Of a stretch of 64,000 bases of DNA, positions 49,288 through 60,396 are shown piece by piece. The stretch is from a virus. A model generated the notes under the pieces. The model was not told the origin of the DNA. It did no database searches and worked only from the letters and a program-made list of their open reading frames with translations. The first letter of the stretch is position 1, and each line of letters opens with the position of its first letter. The stretch spans positions 16,610 to 80,609 of IMG/VR virus record IMGVR_UViG_3300021479_000014. One strand, 5' to 3'. The position numbers and the translations under genes are program-made.

Positions 49288-49637
49288 TGTGTCTTTTCAT
49301 ATGCATCTAGCCAGCCATTATATTCAAGTGCTACTTCCCCCTGTGGCGTTCTATGTGAATAAACACACCAAGCATGTCCTACTGGTGCGCCACCAAGAAA
49401 GGTGAATTCATGTTTAGCACCTTTTTCTATTAACAAATGGAATGGACCAGATTTTTTAAAATCAAAACGTGTTTCGCCATCTGTAGCCCATTTTACAATA
49501 TGCCAATCACCACAAAAGAATATCGAAGTATGATCGAAATTGTGCGTATGGCCTTTGACTACTTCTCCTGGCTCAAGACCTTTGCCATTTTTGCCCATAG
49601 CACGGATAAAAACGTTCCCACTAATCCAATCTGTCAT
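49281..49637 (-). CDS. Cupin-like protein
   Basis: GHTHNFDH...I.KG..HEF. Confidence 0.65.
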   Translation of the reverse strand: MTDWISGNVFIRAMGKNGKGLEPGEVVKGHTHNFDHTSIFFCGDWHIVKWATDGETRFDFKKSGPFHLLIEKGAKHEFTFLGGAPVGHAWCVYSHRTPQGEVALEYNGWLDAYEKTQC

Positions 49638-51850
49638 AGTCCTGCTTTCTTAAGTCGCGCCTCAAGCTCTTTAATTTTGGCAATCGCTATAGCTAGTACG
49701 CCAGCTACATCATATGCTTTTACCATATTTGGTTCTAGATTTTCAATATTATTGCCATCAAAATCAAGATGTCGTGTGTAATCAGCTAGCGTCACCAAAT
49801 CTGGCGCGCCAATTTCAATATCATCAGCAACCAGGCCCCAGTGCAGACGATCTGGATCTTTATATGGCAGATTACTGTAACCAGTTGCGGATAGAGGATC
49901 AGGTTGTTGTGGCGGTTTTAGTTTGTATCGCACAGGATTGAATGATTTAAAAGCAGCATCAACTTCATTCAAATTGACAGGCACTACATTAGATTTCAAC
50001 CTTATATCTGATGGCGCACTGACTGTTGCGTAAACTGTGCCATTGAATGTGGTCGATGGTCCAACATTACTGTGCATGAACCATTGCCAACCATAACCGC
50101 CATTGCCGTTTAAAAGATATACCTGGCCCTGTGCCCCGCCATAACCAGTATAACCGTCATGTATAGCGTAAAATCCAGCAACACCTTGACCGTTAGAATT
50201 AACGGCTTGCAAAACTGGGTACATACCAACATTGGCGCTTGTATAATCAATATGGCGATAATACATGCCTCCTGCTTGATATAGATCAAGGCGACCATTT
50301 TGAAGAGTTAATTGGCCATTTATTGGATCATCAAATCGCCAGTTATAACCATTCTCAGCTTTAATATGCATAATATTGGCACTACCATAACCCATATAAC
50401 CACGACGAGTTCCTTCTGGAGTATAAAAACTAATTTCACCAGATGTTACTGTGCTACCAGAATGAAGCTCAAGTTTACCAGTATTATTAACAGTTTGTAC
50501 TCTTAGAGTATTGGCAATAGATGTTAAACCATTAACATTTAAAGTGCCACCTATAGTCGTGGCACCACTTACTAAAAATGTCCCAGCAGTAATTCCTAAA
50601 ATATCAAAAGCTACAGAACTAAAAGACATACCACCAGGAAATGTTAATCCATTACCAATATTTAGAAAATTCAAACTTCCTGTCAAATTATCACCGGCTT
50701 TTTTCACCAAAGTAGCTTCGGCAGTTGCTAATGAATCTTGAACGCTTGATTCTCCAAATACTGGAGGATTAACTGCAACATTCGCAGCCAAATTAGAAGG
50801 AGAACCAACATTCAATAAGAACCAAGTTGTTCCATCACATATCCACCAATCACCTACTTCTGCTAATACTCGTGTTTCTGGTGGGCCAAAAGCTGGCGTT
50901 CCACGAACGTTAACAATAACATAATCATTAGCCCATTGCGGCGCTGCATCTGGTAACCAACCATTAGGAAGAAGAGTACCAGGAATAAAGTTTGCTATTG
51001 ATGTTGAAGCATCGAATGATCCAATAAACTGTTGCGCACCAGAAACTCCTTTATCAACATAAATTTTAGTCGCTGCTTGCATATCCTGAGTAGGATCGCG
51101 ATCCAATAAAACAGTAGCATTAAGATTAATTACTGCGTTACCAGGAATAATTGGATCTGTATTGTTAATTAAAATTGGTGCCCCTCTAGGAGTACCAATT
51201 TGATCATATCTAATTAATGCAAAATCAGGTAGCATCCCTGCGCCACCTCCTACAGCTATACCCCACCATGGATTTTGACCTGTAAATGGATCATAAAAAT
51301 CAACTCCAGGAGTTTTTAATAATCCGGTTAATGTGCCACCTGTTAATGGCAAAAAATTATCATCAATATATTGTTTTGGCGCAGCGCCAAGAGGAACTGT
51401 TGGATCTCCATATAGATGGAGTTCTCCTGTCATAGTATCGCCAGATAGATTAACGTATAATCCATCTGCTTGATTAGCATTTAAAGGTGATATATTAATA
51501 TTTCTATATGCTAAATTAGCTTCCTCCCAAACAATAAGTTCTCCATTATAAATACGTTTATTACCAATGCCTGGTAATGAAGGATCAGCTAATTCAGGAA
51601 CTACTGGATCAACAGTTTGAGCGATCCATGTAGATCCATTTTTTAATATTGGCAAAACATCAGGATCAATATCTGGATCATTAATACCTACGTGCCAGAT
51701 ACCTTGAATTTGATTCGCACCCAAATTTCTTTTAAATAGTCCATGCACAAATTGTCTATTGGTGGCATCTAATTTACCCCAACCGTCTAGCTCTTCGCCA
51801 AACAAAGCCCAAGGAGTACGGACCTTTAGTGAACCAGCAGACTCACCCAT
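49634..51850 (-). CDS. Tail fibre/spike with a C-terminal intramolecular chaperone (Peptidase_S74)
   Basis: GDTMTG.L / ATK.YVD modules; SDIRLKSNV...PVRY...WGLVA...AIAKIKELEARL. Confidence 0.85.
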   Translation of the reverse strand: MGESAGSLKVRTPWALFGEELDGWGKLDATNRQFVHGLFKRNLGANQIQGIWHVGINDPDIDPDVLPILKNGSTWIAQTVDPVVPELADPSLPGIGNKRIYNGELIVWEEANLAYRNINISPLNANQADGLYVNLSGDTMTGELHLYGDPTVPLGAAPKQYIDDNFLPLTGGTLTGLLKTPGVDFYDPFTGQNPWWGIAVGGGAGMLPDFALIRYDQIGTPRGAPILINNTDPIIPGNAVINLNATVLLDRDPTQDMQAATKIYVDKGVSGAQQFIGSFDASTSIANFIPGTLLPNGWLPDAAPQWANDYVIVNVRGTPAFGPPETRVLAEVGDWWICDGTTWFLLNVGSPSNLAANVAVNPPVFGESSVQDSLATAEATLVKKAGDNLTGSLNFLNIGNGLTFPGGMSFSSVAFDILGITAGTFLVSGATTIGGTLNVNGLTSIANTLRVQTVNNTGKLELHSGSTVTSGEISFYTPEGTRRGYMGYGSANIMHIKAENGYNWRFDDPINGQLTLQNGRLDLYQAGGMYYRHIDYTSANVGMYPVLQAVNSNGQGVAGFYAIHDGYTGYGGAQGQVYLLNGNGGYGWQWFMHSNVGPSTTFNGTVYATVSAPSDIRLKSNVVPVNLNEVDAAFKSFNPVRYKLKPPQQPDPLSATGYSNLPYKDPDRLHWGLVADDIEIGAPDLVTLADYTRHLDFDGNNIENLEPNMVKAYDVAGVLAIAIAKIKELEARLKKAGL

Positions 51851-52164
51851 TACTCTTTTCCGTTTCTTCTATAGATCCAGAAAGCAACTACTGATGTAAA
51901 CGCAGAAAATAAAACACCAGCAGCAGCAGAAGTAATTTCATCATTTGGAATAGTATATAATAAACTAAGTGTCATAGCACCTACAAATGCCAATACTATT
52001 ATAATGGATATTGTTAATGGACCTTTAGTTTTATCAAATTTGTCAACAACTATAAGCAAAATTGTAGTGAAAATAATAATAAATAAAGCTGTTATCAATA
52101 CTGGATAATCTGTCATCTTGACTCCCGATGCTGGAGACAAGATGATTGGTGGATTGTCTGCCAT
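51850..52164 (-). CDS. Putative holin
   Basis: Three hydrophobic segments and a basic tail, adjacent to the endolysin. Confidence 0.65.
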   Translation of the reverse strand: MADNPPIILSPASGVKMTDYPVLITALFIIIFTTILLIVVDKFDKTKGPLTISIIIVLAFVGAMTLSLLYTIPNDEITSAAAGVLFSAFTSVVAFWIYRRNGKE

Positions 52165-52196
52165 ATAGTTTGTTGCGCCCCCTCATCGTGGCATCC

Positions 52197-52646
52197 TTAC
52201 GCAAAACCGTTACGGGTGCCTTTATTGTCAATTGTCATAGCCATATGACGCGGCGCAGATGCGCTCAAACCAAGATGCACCCAAGTATCGTATTCGTGAA
52301 TCAATTGGTCTATGCCAAGTTCTTTCATATGCGGATGAAGTTTATGGCAGATAGCTTTTGGCGTCCCGAAACCAGGACAGCTGAAATCGACAGCTAGACC
52401 ACTCATATGTGCGCTGCTTTTGCTGCCGCCAACAGCAGCATTGACTTGTGGACTACGATAACCAGAGCTGATTAAAATAGGCTTGTCGCCAAGAATGGTG
52501 CGCACCTGTTCCATTGTTTCAGCAGTACGCTGAATATTCTTACGTTCCTGACTATTTTCTGGCGGAATATTGTGAATTCCCTTGCGCGCAGCAGTTTGAC
52601 TGTCAGTAAATTCTTCCAGAGTAAAATGTGGTGTTAGTTGAGTCAT
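52197..52646 (-). CDS. Endolysin, peptidase M15 family
   Basis: HFTLEEF, SSGYRSP.VN.AVGG...SAH..GLAVD, WVH. Confidence 0.88.
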   Translation of the reverse strand: MTQLTPHFTLEEFTDSQTAARKGIHNIPPENSQERKNIQRTAETMEQVRTILGDKPILISSGYRSPQVNAAVGGSKSSAHMSGLAVDFSCPGFGTPKAICHKLHPHMKELGIDQLIHEYDTWVHLGLSASAPRHMAMTIDNKGTRNGFA

Positions 52647-52876
52647 TGTTGCCTCGCAATTACAGCTTGTTGAATTGCTCCAGAAATAATATTTATAATT
52701 GGAACTGGATCAACAAACGGACGCATAGAACCATCTTGCGTTTTTGCAAAGATGACTGAATTATTTAAATGCATTATAATTTGTTCCACAGCTTCTCCAG
52801 CCAAATGAATAGAAGGTGCTCTTTGTGTGGGAGGATTAAACGGCGCGTTCATTTCTTTCTCCACTGTATCGTTCAT
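52643..52876 (-). CDS. Small hypothetical protein
   Basis: ATG 52876 overlaps the upstream stop. Confidence 0.5.
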   Translation of the reverse strand: MNDTVEKEMNAPFNPPTQRAPSIHLAGEAVEQIIMHLNNSVIFAKTQDGSMRPFVDPVPIINIISGAIQQAVIARQQ

Positions 52877-53628
52877 CTTGCTCGCCTTGCTAGAATGTTT
52901 CCAGTTACTAGAACATTTCCAGACGGAAAGTTTACATGTCCAATTAAATAATATGGTGTTGGTATACTCAAACTTGCACGGCAAGGTCTTAATGATATAA
53001 CTGCAAAGCTATTAACAGCAAAATTCATAGGTAAAGACATACGTGATACACCAGGTCCAGGTGTATTGGGAATTGCAATTATGTTAGGATTTATTCCAGC
53101 TTGTATCAATGTTGGCATCATATTTGATGTAGACCAATTAAACCAAAGTTCACCATCAATATCCCAATCACCAGGCGTTAATGTAACACCAATAATATTA
53201 GTTGGTATACCCGATGTTATGGATATTCCGGCTGTCGCTGAGTTTGTAGAAATTTGTCCAACAGCACCTGGAGTAGCATTATCATTTGTACCTGTACCTG
53301 TAATACCAAGAGCAGAATCAGGAATGAATGGCGCTGCCATTACAAGCGGACCATTCATAGTTCCGCCAGCTGTAGGTAAAAATGAACCTCCTCCAGTTAA
53401 TTGATTATCAACATACTCTTTGGTACTAGCATCTAATGGATTAATAGGGTCCGCATCCAGGGTTAACGGTCCTGTCATAGTTCCGCCAGCTATTGGAAGA
53501 TATAGACCAGGTGGTATTCCAACAGCAGCGCCAAGATCTGGGATCCATTTTATTCCATCCCAGACCCACGCCAATCCTCCAGATTGGAAGGTATCTCCAG
53601 GAGTAGGCGTGGCAGGAAAAACAATCAT
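52873..53628 (-). CDS. Short tail-fibre-like protein
   Basis: FPATPTPGDTF..GG..W.WDG.KW; two LP..GGTM.GPL modules. Confidence 0.65.
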   Translation of the reverse strand: MIVFPATPTPGDTFQSGGLAWVWDGIKWIPDLGAAVGIPPGLYLPIAGGTMTGPLTLDADPINPLDASTKEYVDNQLTGGGSFLPTAGGTMNGPLVMAAPFIPDSALGITGTGTNDNATPGAVGQISTNSATAGISITSGIPTNIIGVTLTPGDWDIDGELWFNWSTSNMMPTLIQAGINPNIIAIPNTPGPGVSRMSLPMNFAVNSFAVISLRPCRASLSIPTPYYLIGHVNFPSGNVLVTGNILARRAR

Positions 53629-54419
53629 TTCTTAGGTTCTTCATGCGAATGAGAATGGCCTAAAGCATGTGCCACAGCATGTGCTATTTGTTCATTTACA
53701 TATTTTTTGGTAGCTACATCAAGTGATGGATCCACAGGTTGTAATGGAGTAGGTAATGGAGAAGGTAATGGAGTAGGTTCACCATAAGTTGGCGAATGAG
53801 GTGAATATGGACTTTTATAAGTAGGAGATATTTCAGGTGGTTCTGTAATATCATTTAAAGGTGGTGGTTCATTTCCTTCATCTAACCATCGTAAATACAT
53901 TCTATAAACAGCATTATTTGGATCATTTTCTGGTACAAACACACCATCGCTACGTGTAAGTATATTAGTTCCATCATAAAAATAACTAAATTCAAATGTA
54001 GGTATATTAATTTCAGGAAGTGGAGGTGGTATAGGTGGTGGCTCATTACCAAGAGCTAGCCATTGTAAATAAAGCGTATATGGAGTATTATTTGGAATAG
54101 TTTCATCTTCTTTTATAAGTGAATTATCTTCAATACGCAAAAGTGTTCCACGTTCATCACGTTTATAAGTGTATATACTAGGATCTATATCAGGAATATC
54201 TGGAATATCAGGATCGCTACGTTGAGCTCCTTTCGGTATTGATTTAACAATTACTGGCATAGATGGTGGAGAATTTCCTAATTCTAACCATTCTAAATAA
54301 AGTTTATAAGCAACATTACTAGGATCATTTTCAGGTACTGCAACTTTATCATCACGCATAAGCCATCCAAATTTATTACGGCTATAAGTGAATTGAGCAG
54401 CAGGATTTTCAGGAATCAT
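53625..54419 (-). CDS. Tail-fibre assembly-like protein with three tandem domains
   Basis: Three copies of L.R.D...(P)E.D..N..Y..YL.WL..GN.PP. Confidence 0.6.
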   Translation of the reverse strand: MIPENPAAQFTYSRNKFGWLMRDDKVAVPENDPSNVAYKLYLEWLELGNSPPSMPVIVKSIPKGAQRSDPDIPDIPDIDPSIYTYKRDERGTLLRIEDNSLIKEDETIPNNTPYTLYLQWLALGNEPPPIPPPLPEINIPTFEFSYFYDGTNILTRSDGVFVPENDPNNAVYRMYLRWLDEGNEPPPLNDITEPPEISPTYKSPYSPHSPTYGEPTPLPSPLPTPLQPVDPSLDVATKKYVNEQIAHAVAHALGHSHSHEEPKK

Positions 54420-54429
54420 GACATTCTCC

Positions 54430-57333
54430 TTATTGGTATTTAATAATAAATGGAATCACAATGTATTGCGGTTCAATATTATATGGTGCGCCGCCCCCAT
54501 TCCCGTAAACACCCATACCAGTACCAGCAGCATAAGTGCCACCATAAGTATTTATTTCAGTACCAGCAGCGTAAAGATTAGAAGGACCAGCATAAGTAGC
54601 ACTAATACCTGCCCAAGCAGCATCAATTCCTATATTAGCAATAGCACCATAAACATTAATACCACCTGATCCACCTGCTGAAGTTCCTGGATTATGTAAA
54701 GGCGCGCCAGCAGCACCAAGAGAATAATATCCAACATTTGGCTGCATAACATTGCCATGCACGTGACCACCTACGTCACCAGTATGTGCATGGCCATAAT
54801 CTGGAAGTCCATGATTATGATAATTATCATAAACACTATGATTATGCCAAGGATCTGGATGAACATGTCCAGGATCAGTAACTAAATGAGTATGGCCAGG
54901 ATCATAAAGTGTATGATCGTGTGCAGCCATCTCAGCAATAGTATTAGTATGTGTTGATGAACCTCCTGTTGTGCCTGGAATATCAGTTGCACTGGCACCA
55001 CGTGGGAATGTTTGAGACATATTAGGAACGGCATTGGATACACCTGGTACGCCGCCATATCTATTTCTAAGTCTTGGTGCAAGTAATGGAATATCTACGT
55101 TATCATAAACTGTACCATCACATAATAGCCAATCAGCTGGTGGTACATCGTCGCACCACATTACAATTGTTCCAACTTTTACAGCACCTGCTATTCCAAC
55201 ATCAACATACTCTTTCGTTGTTGCGCCAAGTGGATCAATAGGATCAGCATTAAGAATAAGTGGCCCTGTCATAGTTCCGCCAGTTATCGGAACATAATCA
55301 AGAGGCGGTATTGGTTGATTAATAGCAACTACCCATTGGGCAGATGTAGCGTCCTCATACCAGATATACAATTGAGCATTGATACTATCGAACCAGAATT
55401 CTCCTTGTGAAGGGTTAGCAGGAGGAACATCACCTATGTATACGGCGCCACCATCTATACCGGATGGGCCTACAGGGCCTTGAGGACCCATTTGTCCTTG
55501 AGGGCCATCTGGTCCAATAGGGCCAGGTAAACCTTGAGTACCTTGTATTCCTTGCGGACCTACAGGACCATCTATACCAGCAATTCCTGGAGGCCCTTGA
55601 TTTCCTTGTGGGCCTTGAGGTCCAACAAGCCCTTGCAGTCCTGCTGGTCCTTGTTGTCCTATTGGACCTTGAATACCCTGTCCACCAGTTGGACCTTGCG
55701 GGCCTTGAATTGGTCCCGCATCTACCCAACCGCTAGGATCATATACTGTTGTCACATAAACATAAACATGACCAAAAGTAAATGTGGAAGCATTATTATT
55801 TAAGATACCTTCACCCTGTATCATCTGATACGGGGTTGGTGGCCAATTATTTGGCTGATCCCAATTTGCAGGAATTGCGCCACTAGGGGGTAATTCAAGA
55901 AGTTGTTCTGGATCTCTATATTCGCAAGATCCAATAAGAACTCCGATTTCTCCAGATGAACCTTGTATGCCTTGTGGACCCATCGGTCCTTGCGCACCAG
56001 GTAGACCACCAATTCCTTCTGGTCCTTGTGCGCCTCCTGGACCTTGCGGTCCCATAGGACCAGAACCACCTGACGGTCCTGGCGGGCCTTGATTTCCTTG
56101 TTGACCTGCCGGGCCTATCGGACCTTGCAGTCCTTGATTTCCTTGTGGACCCACCGGTCCTAATGGTCCTTGTGGACCATCTAAACCAATTGGACCTTGC
56201 GGTCCTAATGGACCAGGTATTCCTTGTGGACCATCCGGTCCTGGAGGGCCTTGTACTCCTTGTGGACCTATAGGTCCAGGAGGGCCTTCAATTGCTCCTC
56301 CATTTACCCATCCAGATGGGTCAAAAGCTGTTGTGACATAAATATAAACATTTCCAAGTTCTGGAATTGCAGTATTACTACATAATAATGATTCACCAGA
56401 ATTCATTTGAAAAGAAGGTTGACCTTGTCCATCCCAATCAACAGGCATTAATCCATTTGGTGGAAGATTAGCAGGTGTTTCATGTTCAAAATATCCAACA
56501 AGAGTTGTAACTTGACCAGAAGAACCTTGTGGCCCTTGTGCTCCAGTAGGCCCTTGAGGTCCAATTGGACCTACTGCCCAAGTTAAAACTCCTGCGCCAT
56601 TAGTACGAAGAAATTGATTTGCAGCGCCACCTCCAATTGTTAAATTGGCAATATTATTAAAATGTAATTTTGATAAAGTAGTAATACCAGTACTACGTGC
56701 AATTGTTAGTGGAGTTCCTAGATATACACCATTATTATCATAATTAATGATAGTTAAATCTGATCCAGAATTATCCTGAGCTTCAGCAGTACCATTACCT
56801 AAGTTTAATGCCCAACGATTACTCAAATTTGATTGTCCAAAAATTGAACTAATCTGATTTAATAACGGCAACTTACTAAGAGTTAATGATGGATTACCAG
56901 TAACAATTGATAAATTACCCGTAAGTTTACCACCTAGTAATGGCAAATATTGGTCAAGATGAGATTGATAAATACCACTTGTAAAACTTAAATTTCCTAA
57001 ACCATCCGTCATTATAATATCGCCAGGATTACCTCCATACATAGTCAAATAATTATTGTTAATTAGGACCAATGGTCCAGTAAGTGTGCCTCCAGTTATT
57101 GGCAAATAAAGTCCAACTGGACTTATAACTTGTTGCCCACTAATAAAGAGAGCATTGGCGTTAATAGTTCCTGCACCCATACTTCCACCAAGAACATTTC
57201 TTGGTACAAGTAGAGCACCATCATTAGCAATAACAAATCCACCCATAGATATCCACGGCTGCGGAGGCGCACCTGGGCCTCCACTAGCAGCAGCGGAACT
57301 ATCAAAAGCTAGTGGATTAACTTGCTCATTCAT
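54430..57333 (-). CDS. Collagen-like long tail fibre with a collar domain and an HxH needle tip
   Basis: Long (GPQ/GPP)n tracts, VGTIVMW....[10 protein letters not shown] collar and seven HxH motifs. Confidence 0.85.
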   Translation of the reverse strand: MNEQVNPLAFDSSAAASGGPGAPPQPWISMGGFVIANDGALLVPRNVLGGSMGAGTINANALFISGQQVISPVGLYLPITGGTLTGPLVLINNNYLTMYGGNPGDIIMTDGLGNLSFTSGIYQSHLDQYLPLLGGKLTGNLSIVTGNPSLTLSKLPLLNQISSIFGQSNLSNRWALNLGNGTAEAQDNSGSDLTIINYDNNGVYLGTPLTIARSTGITTLSKLHFNNIANLTIGGGAANQFLRTNGAGVLTWAVGPIGPQGPTGAQGPQGSSGQVTTLVGYFEHETPANLPPNGLMPVDWDGQGQPSFQMNSGESLLCSNTAIPELGNVYIYVTTAFDPSGWVNGGAIEGPPGPIGPQGVQGPPGPDGPQGIPGPLGPQGPIGLDGPQGPLGPVGPQGNQGLQGPIGPAGQQGNQGPPGPSGGSGPMGPQGPGGAQGPEGIGGLPGAQGPMGPQGIQGSSGEIGVLIGSCEYRDPEQLLELPPSGAIPANWDQPNNWPPTPYQMIQGEGILNNNASTFTFGHVYVYVTTVYDPSGWVDAGPIQGPQGPTGGQGIQGPIGQQGPAGLQGLVGPQGPQGNQGPPGIAGIDGPVGPQGIQGTQGLPGPIGPDGPQGQMGPQGPVGPSGIDGGAVYIGDVPPANPSQGEFWFDSINAQLYIWYEDATSAQWVVAINQPIPPLDYVPITGGTMTGPLILNADPIDPLGATTKEYVDVGIAGAVKVGTIVMWCDDVPPADWLLCDGTVYDNVDIPLLAPRLRNRYGGVPGVSNAVPNMSQTFPRGASATDIPGTTGGSSTHTNTIAEMAAHDHTLYDPGHTHLVTDPGHVHPDPWHNHSVYDNYHNHGLPDYGHAHTGDVGGHVHGNVMQPNVGYYSLGAAGAPLHNPGTSAGGSGGINVYGAIANIGIDAAWAGISATYAGPSNLYAAGTEINTYGGTYAAGTGMGVYGNGGGAPYNIEPQYIVIPFIIKYQ

Positions 57334-57336
57334 ATC

Positions 57337-57977
57337 TTAAATCCACTGCACAGACACAAATGCTTGATTAGGAACAGGACTAGCAACTGATAAAGGTAAT
57401 GTAGAACCAGGAATGGCATAATATGTTCCACCTGGCTGTATAGCCATAGATGAACCATTTCCTAATGTTGATGCTGGCCCTGTCGGATCAACATACAAAG
57501 CAGCTGGCGCATCTGCTGGATTGAATATATATCCACCAGATATATTTGCTGAAAGAGCATCAACAGGTTGACCAGGTATTGTTGATGTTAAATGAGCTAT
57601 ACCTGGAGTTGGAGTTACAGCCATTATTTTTGAGCCTTTAGTTGCGCCACTTCAGATTTTAAATCATTGATTTCTTTTCGTAAATCTTCAATTACTTTAA
57701 ACATAGGATTTGGTACTGTATCTTCCGAAGTTGAAGTTCGTGGTGTAATTACATCTGGTGATGCAGTATATTCACCAATTTCGCCGTATTCACCTCTAAT
57801 TGCTTTATTGTAAATTTCTCTACCATAATCCATTTTATCATATGGACTAGCATAAAATAATAATTTTTGTCCATCAATTATTCCAATCAAAGCAATAGGT
57901 CCAACATGATCCCGATTAACATATTGGGGATTATGTAGAGTTCCTAAAAACGCATCACGCTGTCCAGGATCTAACAT
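57337..57977 (-). CDS. Two small tail/baseplate-associated ORFs (57337-57624, 57624-57977)
   Basis: Coupled. The second has FYASPYD...YGREIY.KAI.GEYGEI, resembling fibre-assembly proteins. Confidence 0.55.
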
Positions 57978-59269
57978 TATGCTATCCTCTGATAATAATA
58001 AAGCAACGTATTAATAGGAGATGGATCAAATGAAACAGTCGCACCTAATTGTGCCCATAATCCCCCATAATCAGACATTTGTCTACCAGTAAAAGAAGAA
58101 GTACCTTGACCTGCTTGCCCAGGAACGACAAGATACCATGATCCAGGTTCTCCATAACCTGACATAATACCAGCAGCGCCAGGCGGACCTTGTGGTCCTT
58201 GCCCGCCTTGTGGTCCTTGAACACCCTGTAAACCTTGTGGTCCTAATCCACCTTGTGCTCCAACTGGGCCAGGCGGACCAGGAGGGCCTGGAGGTCCTGG
58301 CGCGCCAGGTGCGCCAGCAGGTAGCTTAGTTTCAAGAAACGCTAAAGAATAACCACCTGTAATAAAGAAAGCTCCATTTGGGTAAATATTATTTGTATCA
58401 AATTCTAAAAACAACATTCCCTGTAATTCACCACCTGTAAGAGTTTCTCCTTGATGTCCAAGAACAGCATATGGTCCCCATTGGACACCTTGCGATCCTT
58501 CAACAGTAAGCTGAACTGGACCTGTACTTACATTAGTGCTACCAGTAATAATCATTCCAGGAAATGGACCAGTTGCTGGGAAAGTAAGTCCAATATTGCA
58601 AAGAAGATTATTATAATCTGGAGATGGAATTGCGGCGCCAAAGAAGAAAATATCAGAAGTTATTTCTTTAAAGTTTAGAATTTGAAATTCTGATCCATCA
58701 AATTCCATTAATGCTATTTGACCAGTAATTAAATCGTCTGGAGAAAGTTGTGAAAGATCTGATCTCGTAACAGGATGCGCGAGTGATCCTTGCACTTGCA
58801 TTACCACAGGACCAGTATTGGAATTGGCAATAGTAACTGATAAAACAGTGCCAACATCTAGACTGGGTAGAGGTGGATTAGTATTAGCTATTTCAATTAG
58901 ATTAGGAGTAACACTAATATCATTACCAGAATAAGTGACATTTGGAACATCACCCTGCTGTAACATTTGATTCATTGCACCAGCAGTATGCAAATGACCA
59001 AATATAGAACCAGCTGGCCAAGATTGGGGTAATGTGTTTTCTTGGCCTCTAACTATGGTTAATGTGTCACCAACAACAGATGTAACATGAACAATTTCTC
59101 TTAACTGTCCAGTTAATTGGTCAATCAAAGTTGCAATGAATTGTTCTTGTCCAGGAACAGGTTGCGGGAATGTGGCGCCACTTCCAGATGCTACATTCAC
59201 CTGTGTGCTGGTAGGAAAGATAGACCCAGCAATAGTGCTACTAACATTATTACCAAAGATGAGTCTCAT
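57977..59269 (-). CDS. Baseplate-proximal tail fibre with a short collagen segment
   Basis: NN.SSTIAGSI...EIV.VT..GDTLTI.RGQE.T....W; GPP/GPQ tract. Confidence 0.7.
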   Translation of the reverse strand: MRLIFGNNVSSTIAGSIFPTSTQVNVASGSGATFPQPVPGQEQFIATLIDQLTGQLREIVHVTSVVGDTLTIVRGQENTLPQSWPAGSIFGHLHTAGAMNQMLQQGDVPNVTYSGNDISVTPNLIEIANTNPPLPSLDVGTVLSVTIANSNTGPVVMQVQGSLAHPVTRSDLSQLSPDDLITGQIALMEFDGSEFQILNFKEITSDIFFFGAAIPSPDYNNLLCNIGLTFPATGPFPGMIITGSTNVSTGPVQLTVEGSQGVQWGPYAVLGHQGETLTGGELQGMLFLEFDTNNIYPNGAFFITGGYSLAFLETKLPAGAPGAPGPPGPPGPPGPVGAQGGLGPQGLQGVQGPQGGQGPQGPPGAAGIMSGYGEPGSWYLVVPGQAGQGTSSFTGRQMSDYGGLWAQLGATVSFDPSPINTLLYYYQRIA

Positions 59270-59274
59270 TATTT

Positions 59275-60396
59275 TTATCCTGTTACTACATCATCCCAGA
59301 TAAACTGAAATGGCAATTCTAGAATACCCGATCTAACAGCATCAGCAAATTCTATCATATTAGGTAATGATGGAAAATTAACAGCCACAGTATTTACTTG
59401 ATTATATCGCATAACATTATATTGAAATGAATCATCATTGTATAAGGCACTATCCACTAATGTACGATCAACTAGAATCAATCTAATCGTAACATCACAA
59501 TGTGCACCAAAAGTAACGCTAACTTGATAAGTATTATCTATATTTGGACTTGTTCCGTTTGTTCCCAATAGAAAGCGCATAATGCGCTTCTTAAGCCATT
59601 CAACACTAAATCGTTTACCATCACCTTTATGATAATGCCATGTTATACAACGTCGATAAATATCATCATTTACTAATGCTGGTGCAGTAGGAAAATAATA
59701 TTGCCAGAAATTATATTGCTGAGTATTATATTGTCCAGTATTATATGGTCCTATAATAGTTGGAGATTTATACAATAAACTTGGACGAGGATATCCATAA
59801 ACGCCTTGACCTACCCAATCTAGCAGCGCACCAGATACAGGATCTTTGGTGTAAATGGGTAAATTAAGAGCATTAAATGTATCAACTATATCCTGTTGCA
59901 TTTCATTATAAGCACGTATAAATGCTTGTAAATCATCATCATCGGAATATTCTTGATAAAGATATGCAGGAATTGTTCTTAATAAGCCAGTTGGACCTTT
60001 AGGAGGAAAATCACTTGTTATAAAAGGAGGTGGCGGAGGCTCTTGCGGAAGAATTTGAACTACAACAAATTTATGTCCAACAGCAGTAGAGTTTACCCAA
60101 ATACCATATTCTGATTGCGGCGGAATATCAAAACGTTGTCCAGGCTGTAGCGCAACAGTAGTGGAAGTAGTTTCACTAGCAGCAGGACCAGTAGGATCTA
60201 CGTAGAGAACAGTTGGAACAGATAAATCTTGTTCATAAGCGTCTATTGGATTAAATATATAACCACCAACAGCATCTCCTGATGAAACTTGTACCGAATG
60301 GTGCGCTGCTAGTATCTTGGATACAAATCCCTTTGTTGGCGTTACTGGTGCAACTACATCAACACTTACATCTACAAATGGTACATGTTTATTCAT
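59275..60396 (-). CDS. Baseplate wedge protein (DUF2612-like) with an N-terminal accessory domain
   Basis: IPAYLYQEYSDDDDLQAF...SG.LLDWVG...YG..RP...DD.YRR..TW..KGDG. Confidence 0.7.
   Translation of the reverse strand: MNKHVPFVDVSVDVVAPVTPTKGFVSKILAAHHSVQVSSGDAVGGYIFNPIDAYEQDLSVPTVLYVDPTGPAASETTSTTVALQPGQRFDIPPQSEYGIWVNSTAVGHKFVVVQILPQEPPPPPFITSDFPPKGPTGLLRTIPAYLYQEYSDDDDLQAFIRAYNEMQQDIVDTFNALNLPIYTKDPVSGALLDWVGQGVYGYPRPSLLYKSPTIIGPYNTGQYNTQQYNFWQYYFPTAPALVNDDIYRRCITWHYHKGDGKRFSVEWLKKRIMRFLLGTNGTSPNIDNTYQVSVTFGAHCDVTIRLILVDRTLVDSALYNDDSFQYNVMRYNQVNTVAVNFPSLPNMIEFADAVRSGILELPFQFIWDDVVTG

Noticed and set aside
49634-57333. Diversity-generating retroelement or invertible tail-fibre cassette
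   Set aside because: No reverse transcriptase or invertase, and no adenine-specific template/variable repeat pair was seen.
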